DNA from: an uncultured Eudoraea sp.
Lineage (GTDB): Bacteria > Bacteroidota > Bacteroidia > Flavobacteriales > Flavobacteriaceae
Direction of reading: 5' to 3'
Assembly (NCBI GenBank): GCA_905479615.1
Contig: CAJQNH010000045.1
Coordinates: 1 to 48,802, forward strand
Length of the DNA: 48,802 nucleotides
Below, piece by piece: positions 29,379-39,692 of the stretch. Positions within the stretch are counted from its first letter, which is position 1; every line of letters starts with the position of its first letter. The position numbers were made by a program, and so were the translations under genes. The notes under the pieces were generated by a model, which was given only the letters and a program-made list of their open reading frames with translations, was not told where the DNA came from and made no database searches.

Positions 29379-31790
29379 TCAGCGAAGTTTTGGGTATTCA
29401 GTCGGATTTACCTCATGCATAATAGCATATACCTTTTCAAATATATCTTCTGCATTTGGTTTAGAGAAATAGTCCCCATCTGAAGAATATGCAGGTCTAT
29501 GAGCTTTTGCCGTTAGCGTTTGAGGTGCGCTGTCCAGGTATTTATACCCCCCCTGACGCTCAATAATATCTTGCATTAGATAAGCTGCACATCCGCCAGG
29601 TACATCTTCATCAATGACCAACAATTTATTGGTTTTTTTGATACTGCTTAAGACAGTTTTTGTAAGGTCAAAAGGAAGTAAGGACTGTGCGTCAATTACC
29701 TCCGCGTCAATTCCTGCTTCTTTTAATTCCTGGGTTGTATGTTGAACGATTCGGAGTGTAGAACCATAAGATAAAAGAGTAATATCTGAACCTTCTTTAA
29801 CAATTTCTACCACTCCGATAGGGGTGCAAATTTCGCCCAGGTTATTTGGTTTGTCTTCCTTAAGCCTATACCCGTTTAAACTTTCTATTATTAAGGCAGG
29901 CTCATCACTTTTCATTAACGTATTGTAAAAACCAGCTGCTTTAGTCATATTCCTTGGCACCAATATATGAATCCCCCGCAGAAAGTGAATAATACCTCCC
30001 ATTTGAGAACCAGAATGCCAAATACCCTCCAAGCGATGTCCCCTGGTGCGAATTATTAGTGGTGCCTTTTGTTTGCCAACTGTTCGATAAAGTAATGTCG
30101 CCAAATCATCACTAAGAGTCTGTAGGCCATATAACAAATAATCCAGATATTGTATTTCGGCTATCGGTCTTAGCCCCCTCAGTGCCAAACCAATTCCCTG
30201 ACCAATAATAGTAGCCTCTCTTATACCTGTATCTGCAATCCGCAATTCGCCATATTTCTTCTGAAGACCTTCCAGTCCCTGGTTTACGTCGCCAATAGTA
30301 CCACTATCTTCTCCAAAAATAAGTGCATGAGGATATTTTCCAAAAAGCCTGTCAAAGTTATCTCGGAGAATAATCCTTCCATCTACTTTTTCAGGTTTAG
30401 CATCGTATATAGGTCTTATTTCCTCAATGTTTATTGCTTTGTTGGATAATTCACTATTGAGGTGTGAGCTGAATTTTATTTGTGAGTCTTTTAGGAAATT
30501 TTCAACCCATTTTAACAAGGCATCCTTTTCCTTCGAATTTTCACCGATTACGTGGCGAAGGGCTTTTCTTGATTTTGAAGCCAAATCTTTTTTTAGCGGC
30601 TCTTCAATAGCAATAAGATCATTCTTGATTTTAGTTATAAATGGTCTATTAGGACTATTAAGAGCCAGTTCATCCAACAATTTTATTAAGTTTTTTTTAG
30701 CCTCTTTATGAGGAGATAAGAATTCTATCCAAGCTTCTTTTTTTGCAGTCCTAACCTCTTTTTTTATCGCTAATTCTATCGCTGACAAAGATTCATTATC
30801 TGTAATTTTGTTTTCCAGAATCCACTCTCTGAATCGCTTATTACAATCATTTTCTTTTTCCCAGAGCAATCTATCCTCACTTTTATACCTTTCCTGTGAT
30901 CCTGAAGTGGAATGTCCCTGAGGTTGAGTCAGTTCTGTTACATGGATCAATACTGGTATATGTTCTTCCCTGGCCAGTTCAGAAGCATTTTCATATGCGT
31001 GTATTAGTGCGGTATAATCGTAGCCTTTCACTTTTATAATCTCATAGCCCTTGTTATCTTCATCTCTTTGGAATCCTTTAAGAACTTCTGAAATATCTTC
31101 TTTAGTTGTTTGGAATTTGGCAGGTACGGAAATTCCATATTGATCGTCCCATACACTGATGATCATGGGTACTTGTAAAACTCCCGCGGCATTAAATGTT
31201 TCAAAAAAGAGACCTTCAGATGTACTGGCATTGCCTATTGTACCCCAGGCTACTTCATTTCCATTATTGGAAAATTTAGTGGTATCTATTCCTTGGACAT
31301 TGCGGTAGATTTTTGAAGCCTGTGCCAGACCAAGAAGTCGGGGCATCTGACCCGCTGTAGGAGATATATCAGGACTACTATTTTTTTGTGCGGTGAGGTC
31401 TTTCCATGAACCGTCCGGATTAAGGCTGTAAGATCCAAAATGACCTCCCATTTGCCTTCCGGCACTCATGGGCTCCTTTTCAATATCTGTAGTAGCGTAC
31501 AGACCATGAAAAAAGTCTTTAGGGCTTAGAAGTCCAAGTGCCATCATAAAAGTTTGATCTCTATAGTAACCGCTTCTGAAGTCACCGTTTCTAAAAGATC
31601 TGGCCATTGCTAATTGAGGCAACTCTTTTCCATCTCCAAAAATTCCAAATTTGGCTTTACCAGTCAGAACTTCCCTTCTGCCTAATATGCTGCACTCTCT
31701 GCTTGTGATTGCTATTTCATAATCCTTTAAAATCTGCGCCCTAAAATCCTCAAAGGAAATGTCATCACTGGTTTTTAGTTTAAAACTCAT
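29379..31790 (-). CDS. 2-oxoacid (branched-chain type) dehydrogenase E1, fused alpha/beta subunit
   Basis: GYYRDQ, GNASTSEG, GHSTSGS, FGEDSG, DTGIREATI, AEIQYLDY, GIWHS. 803 aa. Confidence 0.9.
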   Translation of the reverse strand: MSFKLKTSDDISFEDFRAQILKDYEIAITSRECSILGRREVLTGKAKFGIFGDGKELPQLAMARSFRNGDFRSGYYRDQTFMMALGLLSPKDFFHGLYATTDIEKEPMSAGRQMGGHFGSYSLNPDGSWKDLTAQKNSSPDISPTAGQMPRLLGLAQASKIYRNVQGIDTTKFSNNGNEVAWGTIGNASTSEGLFFETFNAAGVLQVPMIISVWDDQYGISVPAKFQTTKEDISEVLKGFQRDEDNKGYEIIKVKGYDYTALIHAYENASELAREEHIPVLIHVTELTQPQGHSTSGSQERYKSEDRLLWEKENDCNKRFREWILENKITDNESLSAIELAIKKEVRTAKKEAWIEFLSPHKEAKKNLIKLLDELALNSPNRPFITKIKNDLIAIEEPLKKDLASKSRKALRHVIGENSKEKDALLKWVENFLKDSQIKFSSHLNSELSNKAINIEEIRPIYDAKPEKVDGRIILRDNFDRLFGKYPHALIFGEDSGTIGDVNQGLEGLQKKYGELRIADTGIREATIIGQGIGLALRGLRPIAEIQYLDYLLYGLQTLSDDLATLLYRTVGKQKAPLIIRTRGHRLEGIWHSGSQMGGIIHFLRGIHILVPRNMTKAAGFYNTLMKSDEPALIIESLNGYRLKEDKPNNLGEICTPIGVVEIVKEGSDITLLSYGSTLRIVQHTTQELKEAGIDAEVIDAQSLLPFDLTKTVLSSIKKTNKLLVIDEDVPGGCAAYLMQDIIERQGGYKYLDSAPQTLTAKAHRPAYSSDGDYFSKPNAEDIFEKVYAIMHEVNPTEYPKLR

Positions 31791-31807
31791 TAGGGAAAGA
31801 TTTGCAG

Positions 31808-31838
31808 CAAAAATATAAAAACAGGATGATTTTTACAA
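31808..31838 (-). promoter_or_regulatory. Bacteroidota sigma70 promoter (TTG-N20-TATTTTTG) for the E1 gene
   Basis: CAAAAATA at 31808-31815 and CAA at 31836-31838. Confidence 0.55.
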
Positions 31839-31946
31839 TCAAAAAATTTGGTTTTTTTTAATAATAAAATAAAAAACTTACCAAAAAATAAGAACTAATT
31901 ATAAATAATTTAAAAAATTAGATTATTTCTAAGAATAGTATAATTT

Positions 31947-34784
31947 TTAAAACCATTGCCTGGTAAAAAGGCCTAGTAAAGTTTTAGGACTCAGGGTAAC
32001 TATAAAGCGAATTCTTTCTGCATAGTTTGGCTGTGCAATTTCCCACCCGTTATTTGAATATATGGGAAAGTATAATTCAAAATAATCTGTAAGTAAGTTA
32101 AGACGTATCCCTGAATCATATACGAATCTTGTGGGCTGGTTTTGGTTTTTGATAAACCCTAAATCGCCATATACCTCTACCCATTTCCAAATATTTACAC
32201 TGGAATTCGTGGTAGCGATCCAATCGTTAGAAAAGGGATTCTCCAATTGTGATTTAAAACCACCTTCGGCAATAATTAATTGTTGACTCCATATCCCCGA
32301 ATCTTCGGATCTACCCAGGTAATTGTAATCAAATAAATAATCTGTTGGCCTGTCCAGAGCAAAACTAAAATAGTCTCCGGTTGTCTTGTTTCTTAAAAAC
32401 TTACCGGCAAAAAAGCGAAAATTAAATTGGGTATTATTTACAAACAGTTTACGGTACTCTAGATTGAATGCCAATTTGGTAAAATCAGAAGAATGCTGAG
32501 CGTCTGCAAACCACGAGAAATAGTCGATAATTCCATTTTTGGTATTTCTAAACCTTGCATTTAATACGCTATAATCAGGATCGGTTTCTATATCAAGGCT
32601 TGGATCAATATTTCTAAACACATTAACATATCTCAAGGTAAGTAGTTGCCGCTTATTAGAAATAAGGTCTGCAGGGCGCCATCCAAAGCTAACGGAGGGA
32701 GTGAATGTGCTGTAGCGCGAATTAACTTGAAAATGAGATGAAGATCCACGTACCGCATAATTCGTGACGTAAAACCCACTCTTTCCATGATAATGCCTGT
32801 AGGTAAGTTTACCATTCCCAACTAATGTTTTTTCCCTGAATGAATACTGTGGAGAAAAATCAAATACAAATGGTCGTTCAAGAAGTGTTTTATTAGTAAA
32901 CCTAATCCCGGGAGCCAGACCATCATATATATTAAAACCCAATGTCGGCATATAAAAAATTTGAGTGTAATATGGATCTTCGGCATCTTTAAAAAATTGG
33001 AATTTTAACTTTTTATTGCTGATAAAGAAACCCTTTAACGCTTTCCAGTTATCTCTCTGATTGAATTCCGGAATTGTATGATCGTAATTAAGGACTAACT
33101 TATCTTCCAAATTTCGCGGTATAGTAAAAGTTTGCTCGCTTTTAATTCCTTTAAACCAATATTCAGATACTACCGTGTCTTTTTTCAATCCGAATAAGGA
33201 TATTGGAACATCTGTTCCTGTTTTGTTTTTAAGAGTCACATAAAGTGAATCCTGTGTTTTAACTACATTAGTTATTTTAAAATCAATACGTTGGTCCGTT
33301 GAGACATAGCTTTTAAAAAACCAATCGATATCTTTTTCGGAATTCTCCTTTAAAACACGCTCGAAATCAAATGGTCTTACTGGTTTTAATTTATATTGTT
33401 CATAAAACTCTTTGATGGCTATGTCAATCTTATCAACACTTGTGTAATCGGCAAGATAGGCCAGGCCGAGTCCCGCTTTATAGGTATTGGCTATTTTCTG
33501 ATTAAATTTTATAAGAGAGTCATTTGCTGTGTTAAGTGCCTGATCAAGATTTTTTCTCGCCGTAAACATATATAAAAAGGAATATTGTTCATTGAAGTCC
33601 ATTTGAGCTAAATGAAACCCTTTAATCAGCCATCCTTTAGATAGTTTTCCCAGCAGTTTTTGATCGGGATAAAACTCTTCGACGAATTTGATCATTATGT
33701 AATTGATGACGGCATCTGCAACCCATTTTTCCTTTCTTGGATTAAGGAATATTGATTCTCTCATGTAACTGTTAAGTGCAGTTTTCATGAATGTCATTTC
33801 AAACTGAAACTGCTTCTCATAAGGACGTATAAAAGAGGGTAGCTGATTTAAGCCATAAATTGGGTTTTTATTAAAATCCACTTCACTTACCAATAGTTGC
33901 TCATAAGGAAAATCCCCAAGATTATCATGAATAAAGCGTGAAATCCTATTAATTGAAACTCCCTGTGAGATTTCATCATATTTTGTAGCCCTGAGATCTG
34001 TAACCACTATTATTTCAGGAGTGACATGTTTTATAAACTTTTTTTGTGGATTCAGAATAATGTAACAACTCTTTCTGTTTACCCCTTCTAATGTGGCCTG
34101 TTTTTTTCCTGGAAAGCCTGTTATATTCACTTCCTTGAAATTAGTGCCAAAGAATAACGAATCGGGATAGCTGAAAATAATATTGGTGTTTGTATTTCCG
34201 GTATGCAGGTCTTCAAGATTTTTGTTTGAATACAATTGCCATTGACCGTCATAAACGGCAGGTGTTAGATACCAGTCTTTTAAATAGTAACCTCCTTCTT
34301 TGTTATATCCATAGGGAGTATATTTATTTGGTGGTAGCTTGACCGTATAAGTGATAAATAATTTGGCAGAAGTACCCGGGGGTAAAGGATTGTTAAGTTC
34401 AATTTTGATGATATCCAGACCTGAAGTTCTACTCCAGGAGATAGCTCGGTATACATCATCTACAATGGTAAAAATTTCCGTCCTGCCTCTATCTTTTTCT
34501 TTGGCTAAATGAAGACTTTTTTTAAATTCTTCCTCGAATCTCTTTGCAAGGGCAGTGCTTTTATCAGAATAGGCGTTTGCCCAATCATTAAAATATAATA
34601 CGCTAAGGGTGTCCTGAGAATCATTGAAATATTCAAATTCCTGTTGAATATTTATCTCCCTGGTTTCGGACTCCAAAGAAGCTTTTAGGCTGTTATTATG
34701 TTGCGCATAAATACTGCTAATTCCAAATATGAAATACAAGATAGCAGCTATTAATAGAAAAGTTGGTATGCGCTGTAGTAACAT
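31947..34784 (-). CDS. Secreted 945-aa protein: M1/gluzincin-like N-terminal region lacking HExxH plus a probable C-terminal outer-membrane beta-barrel
   Basis: Signal peptide IYA-Q and M1-like N-terminus (YFNDSQDTLSVLYFNDWANA). C-terminal alternating aromatic/hydrophobic strands, ending in WF. Confidence 0.65.
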   Translation of the reverse strand: MLLQRIPTFLLIAAILYFIFGISSIYAQHNNSLKASLESETREINIQQEFEYFNDSQDTLSVLYFNDWANAYSDKSTALAKRFEEEFKKSLHLAKEKDRGRTEIFTIVDDVYRAISWSRTSGLDIIKIELNNPLPPGTSAKLFITYTVKLPPNKYTPYGYNKEGGYYLKDWYLTPAVYDGQWQLYSNKNLEDLHTGNTNTNIIFSYPDSLFFGTNFKEVNITGFPGKKQATLEGVNRKSCYIILNPQKKFIKHVTPEIIVVTDLRATKYDEISQGVSINRISRFIHDNLGDFPYEQLLVSEVDFNKNPIYGLNQLPSFIRPYEKQFQFEMTFMKTALNSYMRESIFLNPRKEKWVADAVINYIMIKFVEEFYPDQKLLGKLSKGWLIKGFHLAQMDFNEQYSFLYMFTARKNLDQALNTANDSLIKFNQKIANTYKAGLGLAYLADYTSVDKIDIAIKEFYEQYKLKPVRPFDFERVLKENSEKDIDWFFKSYVSTDQRIDFKITNVVKTQDSLYVTLKNKTGTDVPISLFGLKKDTVVSEYWFKGIKSEQTFTIPRNLEDKLVLNYDHTIPEFNQRDNWKALKGFFISNKKLKFQFFKDAEDPYYTQIFYMPTLGFNIYDGLAPGIRFTNKTLLERPFVFDFSPQYSFREKTLVGNGKLTYRHYHGKSGFYVTNYAVRGSSSHFQVNSRYSTFTPSVSFGWRPADLISNKRQLLTLRYVNVFRNIDPSLDIETDPDYSVLNARFRNTKNGIIDYFSWFADAQHSSDFTKLAFNLEYRKLFVNNTQFNFRFFAGKFLRNKTTGDYFSFALDRPTDYLFDYNYLGRSEDSGIWSQQLIIAEGGFKSQLENPFSNDWIATTNSSVNIWKWVEVYGDLGFIKNQNQPTRFVYDSGIRLNLLTDYFELYFPIYSNNGWEIAQPNYAERIRFIVTLSPKTLLGLFTRQWF

Positions 34785-34791
34785 ATATGAA

Positions 34792-35478
34792 TTAGAAATT
34801 TGGACTCAAGGTATGGCCTTTGTAGAAAGCATCAATAATTTCTACAACCTCTTCTTCTGTCTCAACAATGCGTATTAAATCGAGGTCTGTCTTACTAATA
34901 TTTCCTTCATTCAGCATTGTGCTTTTAATCCAGTCTATCAATCCTTTCCAAAAAGCTACTCCAACCAAAATAATGGGGAATTTACCAATTTTATTTGTTT
35001 GAATCAGCGTAATAGCTTCAAAGAGTTCATCTAGTGTACCAAATCCACCGGGTAAAACTACAAATGCTTGCGAGTATTTTACAAACATTACCTTTCTAAC
35101 AAAGAAATAATCAAAATCCAGGCTTTTATCATCATCAATGTAAGGATTGTCATGTTGTTCAAAAGGAAGGTCTATATTCAGCCCAACAGAGGTTCCTCCA
35201 GCCAAATGTGCTCCTCTATTACCTGCTTCCATAATACCAGGACCCCCTCCTGTAATAATGCCATAACCAGCTTCTGAAACCTTTTTGGCAACTTCTACAG
35301 TAAGTTGGTAATATTTCGCATCCTCTTTGGTTCTGGCAGAACCAAAAATTGTAACACATGGGCCAATGGCACTCATTTTTTCAAAACCGTTGACAAACTC
35401 ACCCATTATTTTAAAAATGGCCCATGAATCATTGGTTTTAATTTCATTCCATCCTTTATGATGCTTTTCTTTCCTCAT
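34792..35478 (-). CDS. LOG family (TIGR00730) nucleotide phosphoribohydrolase
   Basis: FGSAR, TGGGPGIMEA, FFVRKVMF, PGGFGTLDE. Confidence 0.92.
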   Translation of the reverse strand: MRKEKHHKGWNEIKTNDSWAIFKIMGEFVNGFEKMSAIGPCVTIFGSARTKEDAKYYQLTVEVAKKVSEAGYGIITGGGPGIMEAGNRGAHLAGGTSVGLNIDLPFEQHDNPYIDDDKSLDFDYFFVRKVMFVKYSQAFVVLPGGFGTLDELFEAITLIQTNKIGKFPIILVGVAFWKGLIDWIKSTMLNEGNISKTDLDLIRIVETEEEVVEIIDAFYKGHTLSPNF

Positions 35479-35526
35479 CTTTCTATTTTTTTGTCGCTTA
35501 CAGGTTGATCTTTTAGAGCTACAAAT

Positions 35527-38388
35527 TTAACTACGAACTTCTAGCTTCGATTTTTTTAAACTAAATTCCTTTTTAAGGTAGAATGCCGTATAACTTTTAT
35601 CATCTTTGGCCACTTCTTCAGGTGATCCTGCCGCAACTATCATGCCGCCCCCGCGCCCTCCTTCATAGCCTATGTCTATTATGTAATCGGCCATTTTTAT
35701 GACATCCATATTATGTTCAATTATCACGATGGTATTTCCTTTGTTCACTAATTTATTTAAAACTTCCATTAGCACCCTTATATCCTCAAAATGTAGTCCG
35801 GTTGTTGGTTCATCCAATATATAGAAAGTATTCCCCGTATCCCGCTTAGACAATTCGGTTGCAAGTTTTACCCGCTGGGCTTCTCCACCGGAAAGCGTAG
35901 TTGATTGCTGTCCTAATGAAATATAACCTAGTCCAACATCTTGAATAGTCTTTAACTTTCTATAAATTTTAGGTATTTGGTCAAAAAAGGCGACTGCTTC
36001 GTCAATAGTCATTTCGAGAATATCCGCAATAGATTGCCCTTTATATCTTATTTCAAGAGTCTCCCTGTTAAATCGTTTTCCATTACAGGTTTCACATTCG
36101 ACATATACATCGGGAAGAAAGTTCATTTCAATTACCCTCAATCCACCTCCCTGACAAGTTTCACATCTTCCGCCTTTTACATTAAAACTAAACCGACCCG
36201 GTTTATAACCCCTAATAGCTGCTTCAGGGGTTTTAGCAAAAAGGGCACGTATTTCTCCAAAAACACCGGTATAGGTAGCCGGATTAGACCTTGGTGTTCT
36301 TCCAATAGGAGATTGATTAATATCTATTACCTTATCAATGTTTTCGAGACCTTTAATATGGGTATATGGCATAGGTTTTTTAACACCATTAAAATAATAG
36401 GCGTTCATAATTGGATAAAGCGTTTCATTAATTAGTGTTGATTTACCACTACCTGAAACACCTGTCACAGCAATCATTTTTCCCAATGGGAATTTAACCG
36501 ATACATTCTTTAAATTATTGCCTGTGCAGCCTGTCAAACTTAAACTTTTTCCATTTCCTTTTCTCCTTGTATGAGGTATAGGAATTTCCTTTTCTCCTGT
36601 TATGTATTGAGAAGTCAATGTATGTTGTTGAATGAGTTCAGCTGAAGTTCCTTCTGAGATGATCTCGCCTCCGTGCTTTCCCGCCTTTGGCCCTATGTCA
36701 ATTACATGATCTGCATTTTCAATCATATCACGGTCGTGTTCAACAACAATTACAGAATTTCCAATATCCCTAAGTGATTCCAATGATTTGATCAGGCGAT
36801 TGTTATCACGTTGATGCAATCCAATACTTGGTTCATCCAATATATAAAGAACTCCTACCAACTGGGATCCTATTTGTGTTGCAAGCCTTATCCGTTGTGC
36901 TTCACCACCTGAAAGTGATTTTGAGCTACGGTTCAGCGACAAATAGTCAAGGCCTACATCTAACAAAAACTTAATTCTCGATTTAATCTCTTTTATAATC
37001 TCTTCGGCAATCTTTTTTTGATTTCCTTTTAATTTGGAATCAAGTTGATCAAAAAAACGGGCTAGATCAGAAATATCCAGTTGACACAATTCTGCTATAT
37101 TCCTATCCTCAATTTTATAATAAAGTGATTCTATTTTTAACCTTGAACCTTTGCAACTGGGGCAGGTTCTTTTATCCATAAAATCTCTGGCCCAACGCTT
37201 AATTGATGTAGAATCTGCCTGATGGTATTGGTTTTTTATAAAATTTGCAATACCCTCATAGTCTATGTGGTATAGTCTTTTTACCCCAAGGGTTTTAGAA
37301 TCAACTTCAAACTGTTCAGAGCCTCCATACAGAATAGTTGTAAGTGCTTCATCCGGAATTTGTGATATGGCATCTGTAAGTTCAAATTCATATCGTTTGG
37401 CTATTGTTTCTAATTGCTTAAATGCCCATGAACTTTTATACTCTCCTAAGGGTGCAATACCGCCTGATTGTATGGATAGTTTTGTATTCGGAAAAATTTT
37501 ATTCTCGTTTACTTCGAAGACATGCCCCAGGCCATTGCATTCGCTGCACATGCCCTTAGGAGAATTAAAGGAAAATGTATTGGGCTCAGGTTTTGGATAT
37601 GAAATACCGGTACTAGGGCACATTAAGTCCCTGCTGAAATATCTTGGTACTGCTTCACCTTCTTCAAGAACCATTAAGACATTATCACCGCTATACATGG
37701 CCGTATTTATAGATTCGGAGAGTCTTTTATTTAAATTTTCATTTTCATCTATTTTCAGGCGGTCTATGACGATTTCGATATCATGGGTTTTATATCTATC
37801 TACTTTCATTCCTTTGGTGATATCCATAATTTCACCATCTACACGCACTTTCACAAAGCCCTGCTTTCCAATTTGCTCAAAAAGTTCGCGATAATGCCCT
37901 TTTCTAGATTTAATTACCGGGGCCAGGATACTGATCCTTTTTGCAAAATAACTTTCGTTAATAAGCTCTTTAATCTTATCATCACTATAGCTTACCATTT
38001 TTTCGCCTGTATTATAGCTATAGGCATCAGAGGCCCTGGCAAATAATAACCTAAGAAAATCGTAAACTTCAGTAATTGTTCCTACCGTAGAACGCGGTGA
38101 TTTTGAAGTGGTTTTCTGTTCTATCGCAATAACTGGAGACAGGCCATCGATTTTATCTACGTCGGGACGCTCAAGCCCTCCCAAAAACTGTCTTGCGTAA
38201 GAAGAAAAGGTCTCTATATAGCGACGCTGGCCTTCAGCGTAAATAGTATCGAAAGCCAGTGAAGATTTACCACTTCCTGAAAGCCCGGTTATTACAACCA
38301 GTTTTTCTCTTGGAATGGTTACGTCAATATTTTTTAAATTATGAACGCGGGCTCCCTTGACTTCAATATTCTCCTCGTAGTTTATCAT
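35527..38388 (-). CDS. uvrA: Excinuclease ABC subunit A (start set at ATG 38388)
   Basis: Two ABC cassettes ([24 protein letters not shown] twice), Zn-finger CxxC pairs, AEGQRRY. Confidence 0.98.
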   Translation of the reverse strand: MINYEENIEVKGARVHNLKNIDVTIPREKLVVITGLSGSGKSSLAFDTIYAEGQRRYIETFSSYARQFLGGLERPDVDKIDGLSPVIAIEQKTTSKSPRSTVGTITEVYDFLRLLFARASDAYSYNTGEKMVSYSDDKIKELINESYFAKRISILAPVIKSRKGHYRELFEQIGKQGFVKVRVDGEIMDITKGMKVDRYKTHDIEIVIDRLKIDENENLNKRLSESINTAMYSGDNVLMVLEEGEAVPRYFSRDLMCPSTGISYPKPEPNTFSFNSPKGMCSECNGLGHVFEVNENKIFPNTKLSIQSGGIAPLGEYKSSWAFKQLETIAKRYEFELTDAISQIPDEALTTILYGGSEQFEVDSKTLGVKRLYHIDYEGIANFIKNQYHQADSTSIKRWARDFMDKRTCPSCKGSRLKIESLYYKIEDRNIAELCQLDISDLARFFDQLDSKLKGNQKKIAEEIIKEIKSRIKFLLDVGLDYLSLNRSSKSLSGGEAQRIRLATQIGSQLVGVLYILDEPSIGLHQRDNNRLIKSLESLRDIGNSVIVVEHDRDMIENADHVIDIGPKAGKHGGEIISEGTSAELIQQHTLTSQYITGEKEIPIPHTRRKGNGKSLSLTGCTGNNLKNVSVKFPLGKMIAVTGVSGSGKSTLINETLYPIMNAYYFNGVKKPMPYTHIKGLENIDKVIDINQSPIGRTPRSNPATYTGVFGEIRALFAKTPEAAIRGYKPGRFSFNVKGGRCETCQGGGLRVIEMNFLPDVYVECETCNGKRFNRETLEIRYKGQSIADILEMTIDEAVAFFDQIPKIYRKLKTIQDVGLGYISLGQQSTTLSGGEAQRVKLATELSKRDTGNTFYILDEPTTGLHFEDIRVLMEVLNKLVNKGNTIVIIEHNMDVIKMADYIIDIGYEGGRGGGMIVAAGSPEEVAKDDKSYTAFYLKKEFSLKKSKLEVRS

Positions 38389-38405
38389 TGAATTAGACAA
38401 AGTTG

Positions 38406-38413
38406 CAAAGGTA
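38406..38413 (-). promoter_or_regulatory. -7 promoter element for uvrA
   Basis: TACCTTTG on the minus strand, 17 bp upstream of ATG 38388. Confidence 0.55.
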
Positions 38414-38588
38414 CGTTTTTGACGACTAAAAAGGAAGCGTGGTTTATTTAGATTTTGTTAAAGGCTTGTAAATAAGCTACTGCAAATCGCCTTCTTGCTA
38501 ACTTGTTTTATAAATTTCCATTCCCGGTAAGTTTTGATATAATTCTAAGGGGGATGAAAAGAGATTATATGAATTTGCACATATATAA

Positions 38589-38620
38589 ATAGATATGCAG
38601 CCCTGGTTACATATTTCTAT
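38589..38620 (-). terminator. Weak bulged hairpin downstream of the TIGR03915 gene
   Basis: AUAG-AA-AUAUGUA / UGCAUAU-CUAU on the minus transcript, followed by UUAUAU. It is AU-rich, so uncertain. Confidence 0.25.
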
Positions 38621-38663
38621 GCGCTACCATTTCGTTATTCCTGTTAAAACAAATGCAATGATA

Positions 38664-39437
38664 CTATACGGCTTCCTTATCTTCCTGATATTTTCTTTGT
38701 CGTTTAGGCAATTGATGTGTATGTAATTTATTGGATATTAAGGATTTAATAGAATTGTTGGCGAAATAAGTATTCCACAATTCAATAATACTAATTGTTC
38801 TAGTTTGAATAAGATTATTAAAAGATCCGGCATTCGCTTTTATGTCTTTTGAATCTAATGACATTAATTGAATTGTATGAAGGTCAAAATAAAGGCCATA
38901 GTTCCGTTTTATGTCGTAAATAACCCATTGTCTGTCGCTGAAATTAGACCTAAAGTGTTTTGATACAAGGGGCAATATGTCAAACTCGGGTTCCACAACA
39001 ATAAAGTGAACACCATCCGTAGAGACTTTAAATTTCATAAATGCCTCTATCTGGCTTTTTTTCTTACTTACCATATTTGCTAAATGATTTATTCTAAAAA
39101 CCATATCATCGGTTAAATCTATGTGATTGGGAGACCCTTTTGCAACAATTTTTTGAATATATAAGTAAAGCAATTGTTCAATACCAGCTGTCTCACTTAA
39201 AAAAGCAAAATAAATATTCTTCATAGCATTATTGCTTCTTTCACTAATACCATTCCAGACCCGCTTAGCTTTATACACTTGTGTTAAAATTATTTGTGTT
39301 TCAGTAAACAAGCCTTTTTGAACCTGACTTTTTCTTTGAATGTCAACGACATTTATTTTTTGCTCAAATGCCGTAAATATGCATGTTAAAAACCCATTAA
39401 AACTTCCGTCATACAACAATATTTTTTCTTTTTCCAT
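38664..39437 (-). CDS. TIGR03915/DUF4130 family putative DNA repair protein, divergent
   Basis: YDGSFNGFLTCIF, FDILPL..HF, WVIYDIKRNYG, LWNTYF, LPKR. Confidence 0.85.
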   Translation of the reverse strand: MEKEKILLYDGSFNGFLTCIFTAFEQKINVVDIQRKSQVQKGLFTETQIILTQVYKAKRVWNGISERSNNAMKNIYFAFLSETAGIEQLLYLYIQKIVAKGSPNHIDLTDDMVFRINHLANMVSKKKSQIEAFMKFKVSTDGVHFIVVEPEFDILPLVSKHFRSNFSDRQWVIYDIKRNYGLYFDLHTIQLMSLDSKDIKANAGSFNNLIQTRTISIIELWNTYFANNSIKSLISNKLHTHQLPKRQRKYQEDKEAV

Positions 39438-39442
39438 AACTT

Positions 39443-39622
39443 TTAGAATAGACTTAGTTGTTTGTTTATTGATTTTTGTGATATATTTTTAGATACCTTC
39501 TTCTTAATTTTTAACAGCCTCTTTTCTTTTCTAATATCTCTAATGTCTTTACTATAAAAGCTGTCATTTAATCCACTATGCGCCCAGAGGCTAAGTTTTT
39601 TAGTAATAATTTCATCTAACAT
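39443..39622 (-). CDS. 59-aa basic mini-protein ending in QLSLF, possibly an internally deleted remnant of the TIGR03916 radical SAM gene
   Basis: ATG at 39622 lies downstream of a -7 element. The ORF ends 5 bp before the TIGR03915 start. C-terminal clamp motif. Confidence 0.6.
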   Translation of the reverse strand: MLDEIITKKLSLWAHSGLNDSFYSKDIRDIRKEKRLLKIKKKVSKNISQKSINKQLSLF

Positions 39623-39646
39623 GACTAGGTGTATTTGTATAATATC

Positions 39647-39654
39647 CAAATATA
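39647..39654 (-). promoter_or_regulatory. -7 element of the mini-protein/TIGR03915 operon
   Basis: TATATTTG on the minus strand, wedged between the boxes at 39637 and 39656. Confidence 0.65.
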
Positions 39655-39692
39655 TGGAAATATTCCTAAATTAGGAAATTTTCCTAAAATAT

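Noticed and set aside
11498-34784. Gln immediately after the predicted signal peptide in six secreted proteins
   Set aside because: This is a known Bacteroidota feature (N-terminal pyroglutamate), used here only as taxonomic support.
12660-38388. recG, pcrA, holA and uvrA as one DNA-repair cluster
   Set aside because: They are dispersed over 26 kb among unrelated genes, and I found no GGA-N5-TCC box upstream of recG, pcrA or uvrA.
39623-39649. TTG-initiated 9-aa N-terminal extension of the mini-ORF in the ORF track
   Set aside because: The TTG lies inside the -7 promoter element, so ATG 39622 is the plausible start.
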